Shown: positions 30,625-41,413, counted from the stretch's first letter. The stretch is DNA of 64,000 bases from Cyanobacteria bacterium P01_D01_bin.156 (GCA_039024555.1 JBCCQQ010000027.1:12038-76037); one strand, 5' to 3'. The notes: generated by a model from the sequence alone, not told the origin. Program-made: numbers and translations.

Positions 30625-31614
30625 ATGATTTGGAAACTAGGTCTAGCAAGTCTAGGGACACTAACATTGGCCCTAGTGATTTTCTACGTTTGGGCAACAT
30701 CGGGTAGCTATCCTCGCGAAAACTACACTCAAGTCTCTAACTATGAATGGGAAAGTCCAAAGGCTGAGGGTAGGAAAACTCTATCCCTTGTGTCCTATAA
30801 CATCGGTTATCTGTCGGGGTTGACTAATCTGGAGGCAGTACAGCGGCCCAAAAAGCTTTTTAATGAGAATTTAGAGCAAGCGATCGCAACGCTACAGCCC
30901 CTCAACCCAGATCTGATCGCATTTCAAGAAGTTGATATAGCCTCCAATCGCTCCTATAACGTCAATCAGCTCGAAGCCATAGCCAGCAGCCTGAGGTTAG
31001 GCCACAGTGGACTGGCCATCAACTGGGATAAAAACTACGTGCCGTTTCCCTACTGGCCCATCTCCGCTCACTTTGGGAAAATCGTCTCTGGTCAAGCCGT
31101 CCTAAGTCGTTATCCCATTCAGGAAAATCAGCGCTTAGTGTTAGACAAGGTGGTTGGCAAACCATTCTTTTACAACGCGGTTTATCTAGATCGTCTGGCT
31201 CAGATTACTCAGGTTGATGTAAGCGGCCAACCGCTGATAGTGATAAATATTCACTTAGAAGCCTTTGACAACCCCACACGATTTAAGCAAACACAAGCAG
31301 TACGAGACTTGGCAGAAACTTACGCTCAGGATTATCCAGTTTTGCTCGTCGGTGACTTTAACAGCGCCCTAAATCGTCCTGAGGAAGGAGAGCGCTCCAT
31401 CGAAATCATGGCCACCTCCGAGCTATTTACATCAGCTCTACCGAAGACCCAGTGGACTACACAGCCGACATTTCCATCAGCAGAATCGGCACATAAGCTG
31501 GACTATCTGTTCTACACACCGGCAACCATTGAGCTCAAAGAAACCCGGGTGATTACAGAAATGGGGACGGCTTCAGACCATTTACCGTTGATGATGACGT
31601 TTGTGTTGAAGTAA
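30625..31614 (+). CDS. Endonuclease/exonuclease/phosphatase family protein
   Basis: SYNIG, AFQEVD, NIHL, VGDFN, LDYLF, SDHLP; N-terminal anchor. Confidence 0.9.
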   Translation: MIWKLGLASLGTLTLALVIFYVWATSGSYPRENYTQVSNYEWESPKAEGRKTLSLVSYNIGYLSGLTNLEAVQRPKKLFNENLEQAIATLQPLNPDLIAFQEVDIASNRSYNVNQLEAIASSLRLGHSGLAINWDKNYVPFPYWPISAHFGKIVSGQAVLSRYPIQENQRLVLDKVVGKPFFYNAVYLDRLAQITQVDVSGQPLIVINIHLEAFDNPTRFKQTQAVRDLAETYAQDYPVLLVGDFNSALNRPEEGERSIEIMATSELFTSALPKTQWTTQPTFPSAESAHKLDYLFYTPATIELKETRVITEMGTASDHLPLMMTFVLK

Positions 31615-31652
31615 AGGAGCCATAGGAAAGAAGTTCATGTAGAGGGCGTTTT

Positions 31653-32366
31653 ATGGAGCAGCTAAAATATACTCTTGGTCCATTTGAGCTGTTTGCCGCA
31701 ATTATTGGAGGCTCTCCATTTGTAGTAGCAGGCATTTTGCTCCATTATCCGGTGAAGCATTTAGGTGAGCTAGTGCCCTTAATTCAGCAAAGTAGCTCGG
31801 TTGCGATCGCACTGACCGCTTTATTTTTGAGTTACATTGCTGGCGGTACAGTCCAATCCATTAGCTGGCCTTACTTTGTGCGCCTGTGTCGTCTATTCAA
31901 TAAAAACTTTCTATTTCTGGGTGATGAGCTGATCAGGCGGAACCAAACCCTACCGCAGCAAAATATCAGTGATGGCATGAACAATCTAGTCTTTGAAGAT
32001 CGTCTAGTACTCCAACTGCGCAAACATATTGGTATTCCTAAAAAGCTGAGCTGGATGGACGGTCGCCTTATGGCCTATCTGCGCGAAAATAACAGTCCCT
32101 CTATGGTTACAGCGGAGGGATTTGTCGCATCCCATATTATGTATCGCAACTTATCCCTGGGATGTCTGCTGTTATGCCTTGTCAGTTTGGTGAATGGGGT
32201 TCGCCTAGGTTCGCCAGCTCCCCTCCTACTAATTCCTATCTTGCTATACGCGGCTTATTTAATGTTTCGGCAGGCCGTTAACTTCAAGCTGTGGCAAAAC
32301 CGCGAACTACTCCTGGGGTTTTATTTCGCATCCACAAAAGAGTCATCCCCTGAGGACAAGTCCTAG
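31653..32366 (+). CDS. Hypothetical membrane protein (about 4 TM)
   Basis: 237-aa ORF with two pairs of hydrophobic helices. Confidence 0.65.
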   Translation: MEQLKYTLGPFELFAAIIGGSPFVVAGILLHYPVKHLGELVPLIQQSSSVAIALTALFLSYIAGGTVQSISWPYFVRLCRLFNKNFLFLGDELIRRNQTLPQQNISDGMNNLVFEDRLVLQLRKHIGIPKKLSWMDGRLMAYLRENNSPSMVTAEGFVASHIMYRNLSLGCLLLCLVSLVNGVRLGSPAPLLLIPILLYAAYLMFRQAVNFKLWQNRELLLGFYFASTKESSPEDKS

Positions 32367-32445
32367 CATCTGATAACGTTAATCTTCTGGAGCGTTGTTA
32401 CCACCATCACAACTGCTTCAGAATCCTCTAACTAAAGCATTGCAA

Positions 32446-33078
32446 ATGTTCGGTTTGGCCATCCACTCCTCCACCCCTGAACTAGGTCTGGCAATCAGTG
32501 ACTTTGATACAAACATCCGATACCAAGGTTGGGATTTAGGTCGGGAGTTATCTAGTCAACTGCACATTTTATTGCAAGAATTTTTAGCACCTCAATCCTG
32601 GCAAGAGCTGTCTTTTGTAGCCGTATGTATTGGTCCTGGAGGCTTTACCGGCACTCGCATCGGCGTTGCCACCGCTCGCACCCTGGCGCAGCAATTGAAA
32701 ATTCCACTTTTTGGCATTTCAGCAACGGCAGCAGTAGCCCATCACCATGTCACTGAAGTTAAAAAATCAGCTTTCCCCCAAGACATTGCAGTCACCATGC
32801 CTGCAAAACGGGGAGCAGTCTACGGCGCTATTTATCACTGGGACGGCGAAACTCTTTCCGTCAAGCGAACTGATGCTGTTGTCCCCGCCAACGACTGGAC
32901 GCAAACCAAGACCCAGTGGCCCCACCACCTCACATCAGTATCGTTAGAGTCAGGGATAGGGTTAGCAAACACCACACAGTCGCTATTACACCTGGGCTAT
33001 AAGCAATGGCAGATAGGCCCACATCCAGATTGGCGAGACATCGTTCCATTTTATGGACAACATCCCGTAACGGTGTGA
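32446..33078 (+). CDS. tsaB: tRNA threonylcarbamoyladenosine biosynthesis protein TsaB
   Basis: LAIHSS, GPGGFTGTRIG; ATG 32446 preferred. Confidence 0.9.
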   Translation: MFGLAIHSSTPELGLAISDFDTNIRYQGWDLGRELSSQLHILLQEFLAPQSWQELSFVAVCIGPGGFTGTRIGVATARTLAQQLKIPLFGISATAAVAHHHVTEVKKSAFPQDIAVTMPAKRGAVYGAIYHWDGETLSVKRTDAVVPANDWTQTKTQWPHHLTSVSLESGIGLANTTQSLLHLGYKQWQIGPHPDWRDIVPFYGQHPVTV

Positions 33079-33084
33079 GTGCGC

Positions 33085-33423
33085 CTAATCTTGGTTGGCT
33101 TCACCATCACGACGCCCCAGCTCATAAACACCGCTACCGATGCAGGTAATGATGCCAAAGCTAATAGTCCAGCTGCGTCCCATGCTAATGTCCAGCAGGT
33201 AGTTACACAGCACTCCAGCCAATACAAAAGGCACAATGCTCATGACCGAACCGTACAATTCTGCGGCTCCAGTCATCGTTTCTTTGCGCCCAGTCGCTAC
33301 AATCCATGTCATCGCTTGTTTTTCTAAAGTACTGACCAAGCGAGTCACGAGGGGAGAAAACATTAGATAGAGCGCTAAAGCCCACAAAGATACGCCAGAA
33401 ATCCAAATTGGATCAACAATCAT
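33085..33423 (-). CDS. Hypothetical membrane protein
   Basis: Three hydrophobic segments; C-terminal GVYELGRRDG. Confidence 0.7.
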   Translation of the reverse strand: MIVDPIWISGVSLWALALYLMFSPLVTRLVSTLEKQAMTWIVATGRKETMTGAAELYGSVMSIVPFVLAGVLCNYLLDISMGRSWTISFGIITCIGSGVYELGRRDGEANQD

Positions 33424-33573
33424 TGAATCTAAAAGTTAGAGTGGATAGCCCGAATGTGTTGCAGGCGCAGAGGGCAGGTGTAAAGCTCAGAAGTTTTTTA
33501 CCTACCGTTATAAATTATTACATTGTCGGGTGTGCAGTAGCCTTCCAAGCACTTAGACTGTCGATTTTTTTGG

Positions 33574-34158
33574 TTATCGCTTAACGATAACGGGAGTACC
33601 TAGCTCTAAATAGGTGTAGAGATCTTCCACATCTTCGTTGAGCATACGAATACAGCCATGGGAAATGGCCTCCCCGATCAGGCTTTCTTCATTAGTACCA
33701 TGAAAGCCAATTTCGCCATCCTTACTAGACAGAAACCCAATCCAACGGGAGCCTAAGGGATTCTGCTTTCTACCAGCGGGGATAATCTCACCGGTAATGG
33801 GGTGCTGCCAGGCGGGATATTCGCTTTTTTGGATAACTTCAAAGGAGCCTTCTGGGGTTTCCCATTCGGTTTGGCCGATAGCCACTAGATATTGCTTAAT
33901 GATTTCATCGTGGTGGTACACACTGATTTTGCGATCGCTCAGTTCTACCATCACTCGCACATCCGATTCCTTGACGCGAGTAAACCAGCCAAGCCGACGG
34001 CTAGAAATACGATTGCTTAGGTTCTGAAATGTATCCGTCGGTTGAGTATTGGCCGATTTCCAATCCAGCGGATCGCGCCACTCCATAATGGCCAACCCAA
34101 AGGCCGCCATCAGACATAAAAAAGCAAAACTGCGCGATAACGGGTTAAGACCTTGCAT
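33574..34158 (-). CDS. L,D-transpeptidase (YkuD family)
   Basis: ETPEG, NPLGSRWI, GFHGT, SHGCIRM. Confidence 0.93.
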   Translation of the reverse strand: MQGLNPLSRSFAFLCLMAAFGLAIMEWRDPLDWKSANTQPTDTFQNLSNRISSRRLGWFTRVKESDVRVMVELSDRKISVYHHDEIIKQYLVAIGQTEWETPEGSFEVIQKSEYPAWQHPITGEIIPAGRKQNPLGSRWIGFLSSKDGEIGFHGTNEESLIGEAISHGCIRMLNEDVEDLYTYLELGTPVIVKR

Positions 34159-34330
34159 TAAGGACTAAGCAAACACTAAAAACACGTTCAATCGGTCTGT
34201 GTTTCCATCATTTTACCTATCTCAATCCACGGACTACGAGGAAATAGCATTAGGCAGCTAAGTTGTTAGAATTATCAGGTCTGTGGCGCCCAACCTAGAG
34301 ACCTCCACCCATTCATAAAGGCAAACAAGC

Positions 34331-35218
34331 GTGACCGTTAAACCCGATTGGCTAAGAGTAAAAGCCCCCCAGTGGGAACGAGTGGGGAATGTTAAAGGTA
34401 TTTTGCAGGATCTGGCACTCAATACCGTGTGCGAAGAAGCCTCCTGCCCTAACATTGGCGAGTGCTTTAATGCGGGAACAGCCACCTTTTTGATCATGGG
34501 TCCAGCCTGTACTCGGGCTTGCCCCTACTGCGATATTGATTTTGAGAAAAAACCTCAGCCGCTGGACCTGACAGAACCGCTACGGTTAGGGGAAGCGGTT
34601 CGGCGCATGAAGCTAAACCACGTGGTGATTACATCGGTAAATCGTGATGATTTGTCAGATGGTGGTGCGAGCCAGTTTGTCCGCTGCATTGAAGAAACGC
34701 GAAAGCTGTCGCCGGATACGACCATTGAAGTGTTGATTCCTGACCTGTGTGGTCACTGGGATGCTCTAGGGATTATTCTGTCAGCAGCGCCCGAGGTAAT
34801 GAATCACAATACGGAGACGGTTCCTCGCCTCTACAAACGGACACGTCCCCAGGGAGACTATCGGCGCAGTTTGGAATTGTTGAGACGGACCCGTGAGCTG
34901 GCTCCATGGGCTTACACTAAGTCGGGCATCATGGTGGGTTTGGGTGAAACCGACGAGGAAGTGCGTCAGGTGATGGCAGACTTGCGAGCGGTAGACTGTG
35001 ATATTTTGACCATTGGCCAGTATTTACAGCCGACGCAAAAGCACCTAGGCGTGAAGGATTTTGTAACGCCGGAGCAGTTTGACCAGTGGAGAAAAGTCGG
35101 TGAGGCAATGGGCTTTTTACAGGTGGTCTCGTCACCGCTGACACGGAGCTCCTATCACGCAGAAGAAGTAAGACGGCTAATGAGTGAACATCCTCGACAA
35201 CGTCCTACAGTCTGTTGA
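34331..35218 (+). CDS. lipA: Lipoyl synthase
   Basis: [26 protein letters not shown]. Confidence 0.97.
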   Translation: MTVKPDWLRVKAPQWERVGNVKGILQDLALNTVCEEASCPNIGECFNAGTATFLIMGPACTRACPYCDIDFEKKPQPLDLTEPLRLGEAVRRMKLNHVVITSVNRDDLSDGGASQFVRCIEETRKLSPDTTIEVLIPDLCGHWDALGIILSAAPEVMNHNTETVPRLYKRTRPQGDYRRSLELLRRTRELAPWAYTKSGIMVGLGETDEEVRQVMADLRAVDCDILTIGQYLQPTQKHLGVKDFVTPEQFDQWRKVGEAMGFLQVVSSPLTRSSYHAEEVRRLMSEHPRQRPTVC

Positions 35219-35333
35219 TTTGAACTAGCTTTACAAACGTAATCTCTGCTGAGGCTAATCCATCGTTGTTCCTGCACATCTCTAAACTGAAGCAATGCTA
35301 CTCATATGCAGCATTAGAGATAATATGCCTGAC

Positions 35334-36326
35334 CTAGAGTACAAACAGAGCTAGGGCTTTTTCTAAGTTTTGCCGCACAGATTGAGCAGACACTTCTAAA
35401 GCAGTCTGTTCCTTACCTGACAAAGGCAACTCAACAATAGAACCAACACCATTAATATTCAGATGACAGGGCACCCCTAAATAAATATCATTCAGCCCAT
35501 ACTGCCCTTCCAAATAAGCTGACACTGGCAAAATAGCTGACTGATTTTGCAAAATGGCCGCCACCATCGCAGCAGTTGCCGCTGCTGGAGCATAGTAGGC
35601 ACCACCCGTTTTCAGATGGTTCACAATCTCAGCCCCGCCGTGACGGGTGCGTTCCACCAACTGCTCAATCTTCCTAACTGGTAACAGATCACTGAGGGGA
35701 ATCCCGTTCACTGAGGTTTTGCTGATCAGCGGCACCATCAAATCCCCATGGCCACCCAGTACCATCGTAGAAACATCCTGGGGTGGCACATCCAATTCCC
35801 GAGCAATAAACGTACGAAACCTTGCCGAATCTAACACCCCAGCCTGACCTAGGACTCGATGGGGTGTGAGCCCACTGGTTTTCCAAGCCAGATAGGTCAT
35901 CACATCCAGAGGATTCGTGACCAAAATAAAGTGCGCATCGGGAGAATGGGGCAGCGCCTTGGCCATTACCTCCAAGATGATCTTGCCATTTACCCTCAGC
36001 AAATCCTCCCTCGACATCCCCGGCTTTCTAGGCAGACCTGCCGTAATCACAACGACCTGCGAATCTGCAGTATCCCGATAATCGTTAGTGCCCGTAATCC
36101 GATGATAAAACCCCATTAATGGCTGAGATTCAGCCAGATCTAGCGCCACTCCCTGGGGACGACCTTCAACGATATCCAACAGGGTTACGTTACCTAAATT
36201 TTTAGCCAACAAACATTGGGCCAAACTGGCACCCACATTACCAGCGCCAATAATGGTGACCTTTGGAACAGCGATTGCTCCCCTAGCCACAACTGCAACC
36301 TGCCTAAACGGATTAGCTACTACCAT
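35334..36326 (-). CDS. mdh: Malate dehydrogenase (LDH-like)
   Basis: IIGAGNVG, TAGLPRKPGMSREDL, LDSARF, LGGHGD. Confidence 0.93.
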   Translation of the reverse strand: MVVANPFRQVAVVARGAIAVPKVTIIGAGNVGASLAQCLLAKNLGNVTLLDIVEGRPQGVALDLAESQPLMGFYHRITGTNDYRDTADSQVVVITAGLPRKPGMSREDLLRVNGKIILEVMAKALPHSPDAHFILVTNPLDVMTYLAWKTSGLTPHRVLGQAGVLDSARFRTFIARELDVPPQDVSTMVLGGHGDLMVPLISKTSVNGIPLSDLLPVRKIEQLVERTRHGGAEIVNHLKTGGAYYAPAAATAAMVAAILQNQSAILPVSAYLEGQYGLNDIYLGVPCHLNINGVGSIVELPLSGKEQTALEVSAQSVRQNLEKALALFVL

Positions 36327-36576
36327 AGGGCTCCTAACCGCTGATAGGCAGCTTTACCAAATCAATTGCTCCAAAGCAATTGCCCAAAAGTCGCCTAGAG
36401 ACGATTCATTAAATGGGTTAAACCACACTCAGGTCAACAGCAGATATTTGCCAAAATGTAGTCTATGTAACTATTGTGACGATTGCTACCTAAACTGTGG
36501 CTGTTCTATGGGGATTCTTAATACAAAATCCTGGTTAACTGCTCCGATCTAAAAGGACAACCATAAGGGATTGTCC

Positions 36577-36792
36577 CTACTTGAATTCTGCCAGCTGGGC
36601 CAATTGCAACCAAATGTTTGGTGTGGGAACGCGGCCAAATTTTACTAGCGCGTAGTCATCACGAATCTCCATAATCTCCCCTTTGGTTTCAAAGAGGTAA
36701 GGTGGAAACCGATTATCGCTAGCGGTGGCTTCAACGCTGTTTTCTAGCTTCTCACGCACGACGCGTACGTAGGTACCCTTCTTGATGGCCAT
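36577..36792 (-). CDS. ndhO: NDH-1 subunit O
   Basis: KKG..VRVVREKLENSVEATASD.RFPPYLF..KGE...VPTPNIWL. Confidence 0.92.
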   Translation of the reverse strand: MAIKKGTYVRVVREKLENSVEATASDNRFPPYLFETKGEIMEIRDDYALVKFGRVPTPNIWLQLAQLAEFK

Positions 36793-36906
36793 TACTAGGA
36801 TTATTGATGGTGACTCTGGTGATTATATTATCGCGTTAGTAGAGGGAGTAGGGAGTTCGCTGCACAATGGGCAATTCGCTACTCCCCATTGCCTACTGCC
36901 CTCTGC

Positions 36907-37752
36907 CTACTTCTGACAACTGGGACAATAGTGGGCCGACCTTCCCGCTAACTTAATTCGCTGAATTGGAGTGCCACATACCCGACAAGGCTGATCTTCT
37001 CGATCGTAGACCCAGGCAACGCCGCCGTAGTTGCCGTTGGTGCCATGGATATCTCGAAAATCGCTAAAGGTGGTGCCTCCGGCTTCAATGCTGTCAGCGA
37101 GAACTTTACGAATGGCCGCGTGGAGCTTTTTTAGGCGAGGTTTAGAGATGCGATCGCACCTCACTTTAGGCCGAATACCGCTCAAAAATAGCGCTTCATC
37201 TGCATAGATATTGCCGATACCCGCCACCATTGCCTGATCTAGCAGAGCATTTTTAATGGGCTTCTGTCTGCGCTTTAGCCAAGACCGCAGATAATCTAAC
37301 GAAAACTCATCCCCAAAGGGTTCTGGCCCTAACCGCTGCAGTCCCGTCATGATGTTTTCAGGCAACTGTTCTGGAGGCACCCACCACAGTCGGCCAAAGG
37401 TACGCTGATCCACATAGCGCAGCTCTCGATCATCATCAAAAAACAAACGCACTCGGCAGTGGCTAGACATAGGCATTGACTGGGGCACCCACAATAGCTG
37501 CCCCGTCATTCGTAAATGACAGCCTAACCAGCCAGCGGGTTGTCCCTGACGGGATAAAACTGCTAAGAGGTACTTACCTCGTCGTTGCCAAGCCGTGAGC
37601 TCAGCCCCCTCAACGCCAGACAAAAAAGCATCAACAAAAATGGGGTGAGCAATGGTGCGATCTAAAAGCACCTTGCCACCCCGGATAGGTTGGTTCAGAG
37701 TAACTCGACTGAGCCCTCGTCGGACAGTTTCTACTTCAGGCAGTTCTGGCAA
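36907..37752 (-). CDS. mutM: Formamidopyrimidine-DNA glycosylase
   Basis: PELPEVE, RRGKY, HLRMTG, GIGNIYADE, C-terminal Zn finger; TTG start. Confidence 0.97.
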   Translation of the reverse strand: MPELPEVETVRRGLSRVTLNQPIRGGKVLLDRTIAHPIFVDAFLSGVEGAELTAWQRRGKYLLAVLSRQGQPAGWLGCHLRMTGQLLWVPQSMPMSSHCRVRLFFDDDRELRYVDQRTFGRLWWVPPEQLPENIMTGLQRLGPEPFGDEFSLDYLRSWLKRRQKPIKNALLDQAMVAGIGNIYADEALFLSGIRPKVRCDRISKPRLKKLHAAIRKVLADSIEAGGTTFSDFRDIHGTNGNYGGVAWVYDREDQPCRVCGTPIQRIKLAGRSAHYCPSCQK

Positions 37753-37813
37753 GGCTGATTAGACAAACAACTGCACTAATCTTACCAAGCCACCCCTAGG
37801 ATGCTTAGAGCAA

Positions 37814-37996
37814 CTAAACTTCCTTTAGCTCGGCTTCTGCAAAGTTGTTGGTGTTCACACCGGCATAGTTAACTTTGTCGAATCGAACAACAACCGAATA
37901 CTTAATACCACTTTGGTCAACGGATGCAACCGTGCCAACATCTTGATACCAATAAGACTCTTTACGCAGGATGCGAACCTTAGATCCACGCTTCAT
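37814..37996 (-). CDS. psaE: Photosystem I subunit IV
   Basis: [15 protein letters not shown]...[21 protein letters not shown] 37996. Confidence 0.97.
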   Translation of the reverse strand: MKRGSKVRILRKESYWYQDVGTVASVDQSGIKYSVVVRFDKVNYAGVNTNNFAEAELKEV

Positions 37997-38259
37997 GAAT
38001 ATTCCTCTCTTAGTCAAAGATGAGCAATTGATGTAAGCAGCAAGCTACTACCTGTTCACCAGATTACTACTCCTCAGAACCGAACTCACCACCTGAGGAT
38101 TTAAGAATTGTTGCATATCGAAGATTTTGGCAACAATTCTTTAGAAAGATAACGTTGTGCCTGTATTTCAAGAGATATACAAGCAATGAAAGCCTTAGGT
38201 AGCAACAGCTAGACGCAATGAAAGTCGCTAAGCCTATGGAGCGTCATACCCATACAAAA

Positions 38260-38301
38260 AACAAAACAGCCGCTGTTATTCAGTTCAGCGGCTGTTTTGT
38301 T
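38260..38301 (-). terminator. Intrinsic terminator after sigF and downstream lipoprotein gene
   Basis: 16-bp inverted repeat AACAAAACAGCCGCTG / CAGCGGCTGTTTTGTT with T tract on minus strand. Confidence 0.75.
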
Positions 38302-38362
38302 CTCAAAGGTTAACGCCAGATCTGCTTGCTCTATGTGGAAAAGCAAACAACCTTATGTTGCT

Positions 38363-39208
38363 TCAAATACCAGGACTCGGTAATACGGGCAACGCACCAA
38401 TAGTTGAAACCGTTGCTGAGGGCTGGGGGGGGGCCTCTTCAACGCCCTCTTCCTCAGTAGAGGTTACAAACCGTTCCACAGGGATACCATTTTCAAGTAA
38501 AACTACCCTGGGCTCAGCAGAACGAACATCAATTTGCTGTACTAGGACCCGACCATTGGCCACCCTCTCGCCCTGCCTCACATAACGCTCGGTTTCATCA
38601 GGGGCCTTGATAATGGCATAGGGTGAACCACCCACTTGTACAACACCGGATACGCGCACCGCCTGTGCAGTTGTAGGCTGTGGGGGAGCTGGTAATTCAG
38701 CAATTTCCGGCGTGCTGGCTCCAACCTGACGTGGAGCTTCAATTGTGGGTCGCTCGTTATTGCCAGCAGCATTATTGTTATTGTTACTGGCCGCTGCTCC
38801 ACCATTGGCTTGACTCGCAGTCGTACCACCACCATTGTTGCTTCCCTCAACTTCAATAGGTTGAGGAGGAACAAGGGGAATAGTTAACCCTGCGAAAGGA
38901 TCAGGACGAGTGCGTTCTACGCCAATAGCTCGTTCATTTGGGTCAGTTGACTGAATTAAATCACGCGCAAGAATCGTAGGAGAATTTGCTGAAATCGCCA
39001 CAGCATCTGGATCTTCTCCTTCTGGAATGGCAGGGAGGCCATCTGACGTTCCTGCTGGTTGAACAGCCGTTGGTGCTGCTTCAATCACTGGATCCTCAGT
39101 CGCAACATCGTCGTCGCCACCGCCAAATAAGCCACAACCACCTAGGGAAACTGCCCCAGTCGTTATTAGCAATACCAAGAGCAGACGCTGCATGTTCAAA
39201 TTCTCCAA
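38363..39208 (-). CDS. Putative lipoprotein, PilP/GspC-HR-like C-terminal domain
   Basis: Lipobox LGGC, RPDPF motif, low-complexity linker, beta-rich C-terminus VRVSGVVQVGGSPYAIIKAPDETERYVRQGE. Confidence 0.6.
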   Translation of the reverse strand: MENLNMQRLLLVLLITTGAVSLGGCGLFGGGDDDVATEDPVIEAAPTAVQPAGTSDGLPAIPEGEDPDAVAISANSPTILARDLIQSTDPNERAIGVERTRPDPFAGLTIPLVPPQPIEVEGSNNGGGTTASQANGGAAASNNNNNAAGNNERPTIEAPRQVGASTPEIAELPAPPQPTTAQAVRVSGVVQVGGSPYAIIKAPDETERYVRQGERVANGRVLVQQIDVRSAEPRVVLLENGIPVERFVTSTEEEGVEEAPPQPSATVSTIGALPVLPSPGI

Positions 39209-39273
39209 GGAGTTTTGTTCGCAAAGTATAGGCTAAGTTGACCAGAATGCCTAGAGGTTTAAAGGAAATCCTG

Positions 39274-40053
39274 TTAATTCTCCTCAGCAGGAGCCATCAG
39301 ATCTCTCAAAATCTTCAACCCGCTTTTCACACGGCGAGAAACGGTTACAGCACTAATACCGAGTCTTTCAGCAGTTTCTTTTTGAGTTAAGTCGTGGAGA
39401 AAAACAAATTCTAAAACTTCTTGTGTTCTCCGCTCCAACTGCGCTAGGCCCTGCTGAAGACGAATACGATCTTCCTGGGCCAGCTGAAAGCTGCGATATT
39501 TTGGATCGGGCAGTAAATCACTTAGGGATGCTGAACCACTGCCTTCATCCTGTATGGGCGCATCTAAGCTTAATAATGAGCGGTTCCGGCTAGCTAGCTT
39601 AACTTCTTGCCATTCCTGCACCGAAATCTTGAGATGCTCAGCAATTTCTTGATCGGTAGGCTTGCGATCTAGGGTTTCTTGTAGCTGGCGAATGGCCCGA
39701 GCTGACTGATGTTGTAGAGACTGCCAGCGTCTGGGGATACGGACGATAGCACTGCGATCTCGCAAATAGTGTTGAATTTCGCCACGAATGTAAGGTATGG
39801 CAAAGGAGCTAAAGGCATAGCCTTTGGACATGTCGAAGCGTTCGATGGCACGAATTAGACCAAGACTGCCAACTTGCATCAAATCATCAAAGGTTTCATT
39901 AGAGTGGTAGAGCCAATGATGTGCTTCTCTACGTACCAACCCAAGATTCATCTGCACCAACTTATTACGCAATTCAGGAGAGCGACTTTTTTGGTAGTCA
40001 TTTAATAACTCGAGTGTTTCGCTTTTTAACGCGGTATTTACTTTGGACGACAT
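39274..40053 (-). CDS. sigF: Group 3 RNA polymerase sigma factor SigF
   Basis: DLMQVGSLGLIRAIERFD, FSSFAIPYIRGEIQHYLRD, YRSFQLAQEDRIRL; ATG 40053 preferred (ORF extends to 40104). Confidence 0.9.
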   Translation of the reverse strand: MSSKVNTALKSETLELLNDYQKSRSPELRNKLVQMNLGLVRREAHHWLYHSNETFDDLMQVGSLGLIRAIERFDMSKGYAFSSFAIPYIRGEIQHYLRDRSAIVRIPRRWQSLQHQSARAIRQLQETLDRKPTDQEIAEHLKISVQEWQEVKLASRNRSLLSLDAPIQDEGSGSASLSDLLPDPKYRSFQLAQEDRIRLQQGLAQLERRTQEVLEFVFLHDLTQKETAERLGISAVTVSRRVKSGLKILRDLMAPAEEN

Positions 40054-40472
40054 GGGAAACCCCTTTGGCATTTGCACGCTCATGTACTGCAGCCGATGCA
40101 GCATTGAACTGGTAAAGACAGGAACCTGAACAAGAAAATTAACGTTGCTGATTCAGATGATGATGACACCTGACAAATTTCGGTACATCGAATTTTTGAC
40201 AGATTAGTTCATGATTTAAATTAGCAACGACGAAAATCTAGCTGTCACCCTAATGCATGACTTAATAGTGGAGACCGTTGCTCAAGAGCACAGTGACTGA
40301 AATCACAAGTCCCCCATTAATCAATGTCCACTGCCAGAGTCAGACTAGTCTCTGGGACTAAGATTCAACAATGACGTATATACGGAAGTCTACGATGCTT
40401 AGCATTAGCTTGTTGACCGGTCAGGGCCTATTCTTCACGATGAATTTACGGACATCCGCTAATCTTTAAAGC

Positions 40473-40510
40473 AACATGGGCGACTACCCATAAAGGTAGT
40501 CGCCCATGTT
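40473..40510 (-). terminator. Hairpin downstream of psbO
   Basis: 16-bp inverted repeat AACATGGGCGACTACC / GGTAGTCGCCCATGTT. Confidence 0.7.
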
Positions 40511-40579
40511 AATTAGCAAGTTTTCTCAAAACTCAATCAGCTAAAAGCATCAAGAGCTGGTCAAATGCAGGAGGCAACC

Positions 40580-41413
40580 TTAAGCATCTAGAGACTCAAC
40601 ACGGCCGTAGAACAAGCCTTGAACCTTAACATCCGAAGGTTCTGCAGTCCCCATATCAGTATCGGAAGGCTGCTCACACTCAAACGTACCTGCAATCTCA
40701 CCAGTAACTGAGTCTACCTTCTCAACCTGGAGTGACATAGTACCTTGACCGACCTTAAATGCCTTCATGTTCTCCTTGATCAGCTCCTCACTATCTCCAC
40801 CAGCAGGCAGAGCAACAGCTGTATCGTAACCTGTGGTCAAACCACGACCTTTGGGATCTAAGAAGTTAGAAGTACGGTAGGAAGGAACGCGATAATCTCC
40901 AATAAAGTCAGTGGAAGAGGTAATTGCATTTAATCCAGCTTGAGTTTCTGCAACTAGACCTTTGATGGTGAATAGGAAGGGAACTTCTTCACCACCAGGC
41001 AACAGAACAGTAACAGCTTGGAAATCAATGCCGTCCTTCTCCTTAAATAGCAGGCTACCGTCGCTATTCAAAGAAAGAGCACCGCGAACTTGATCCAAAC
41101 TAGATGTGTAACGGGTTAGGGACTTACCAGGAACAAACTCAGCTTCACGACGCTTGTTAAGGGGCTCTTCTTTAACAAAGTAGCTAGTTGGCTCTAAGCA
41201 TAGGCCCGCAATCTGATAAGCTTTGCCGTCTTCGATAGCAATCTCCCCACGACGAACACTGGCAATCTGAGGGCAGCTGTTGGCTAAACCCGTATTTCGA
41301 ATCTGATCGTAGGTGAGGGGGGTATTACTATCAGCACTAGGAGCATCGCTACATGCTGTCAAAACACCCATACAGAGTGCTAAAAATGCAACGATTAGGG
41401 CACGATACCTCAT
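40580..41413 (-). CDS. psbO: Photosystem II manganese-stabilising protein
   Basis: TGLANSCP, DGIDFQ, PFLFT, FLDPKGRG, QPSDTDMG. Confidence 0.98.
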   Translation of the reverse strand: MRYRALIVAFLALCMGVLTACSDAPSADSNTPLTYDQIRNTGLANSCPQIASVRRGEIAIEDGKAYQIAGLCLEPTSYFVKEEPLNKRREAEFVPGKSLTRYTSSLDQVRGALSLNSDGSLLFKEKDGIDFQAVTVLLPGGEEVPFLFTIKGLVAETQAGLNAITSSTDFIGDYRVPSYRTSNFLDPKGRGLTTGYDTAVALPAGGDSEELIKENMKAFKVGQGTMSLQVEKVDSVTGEIAGTFECEQPSDTDMGTAEPSDVKVQGLFYGRVESLDA

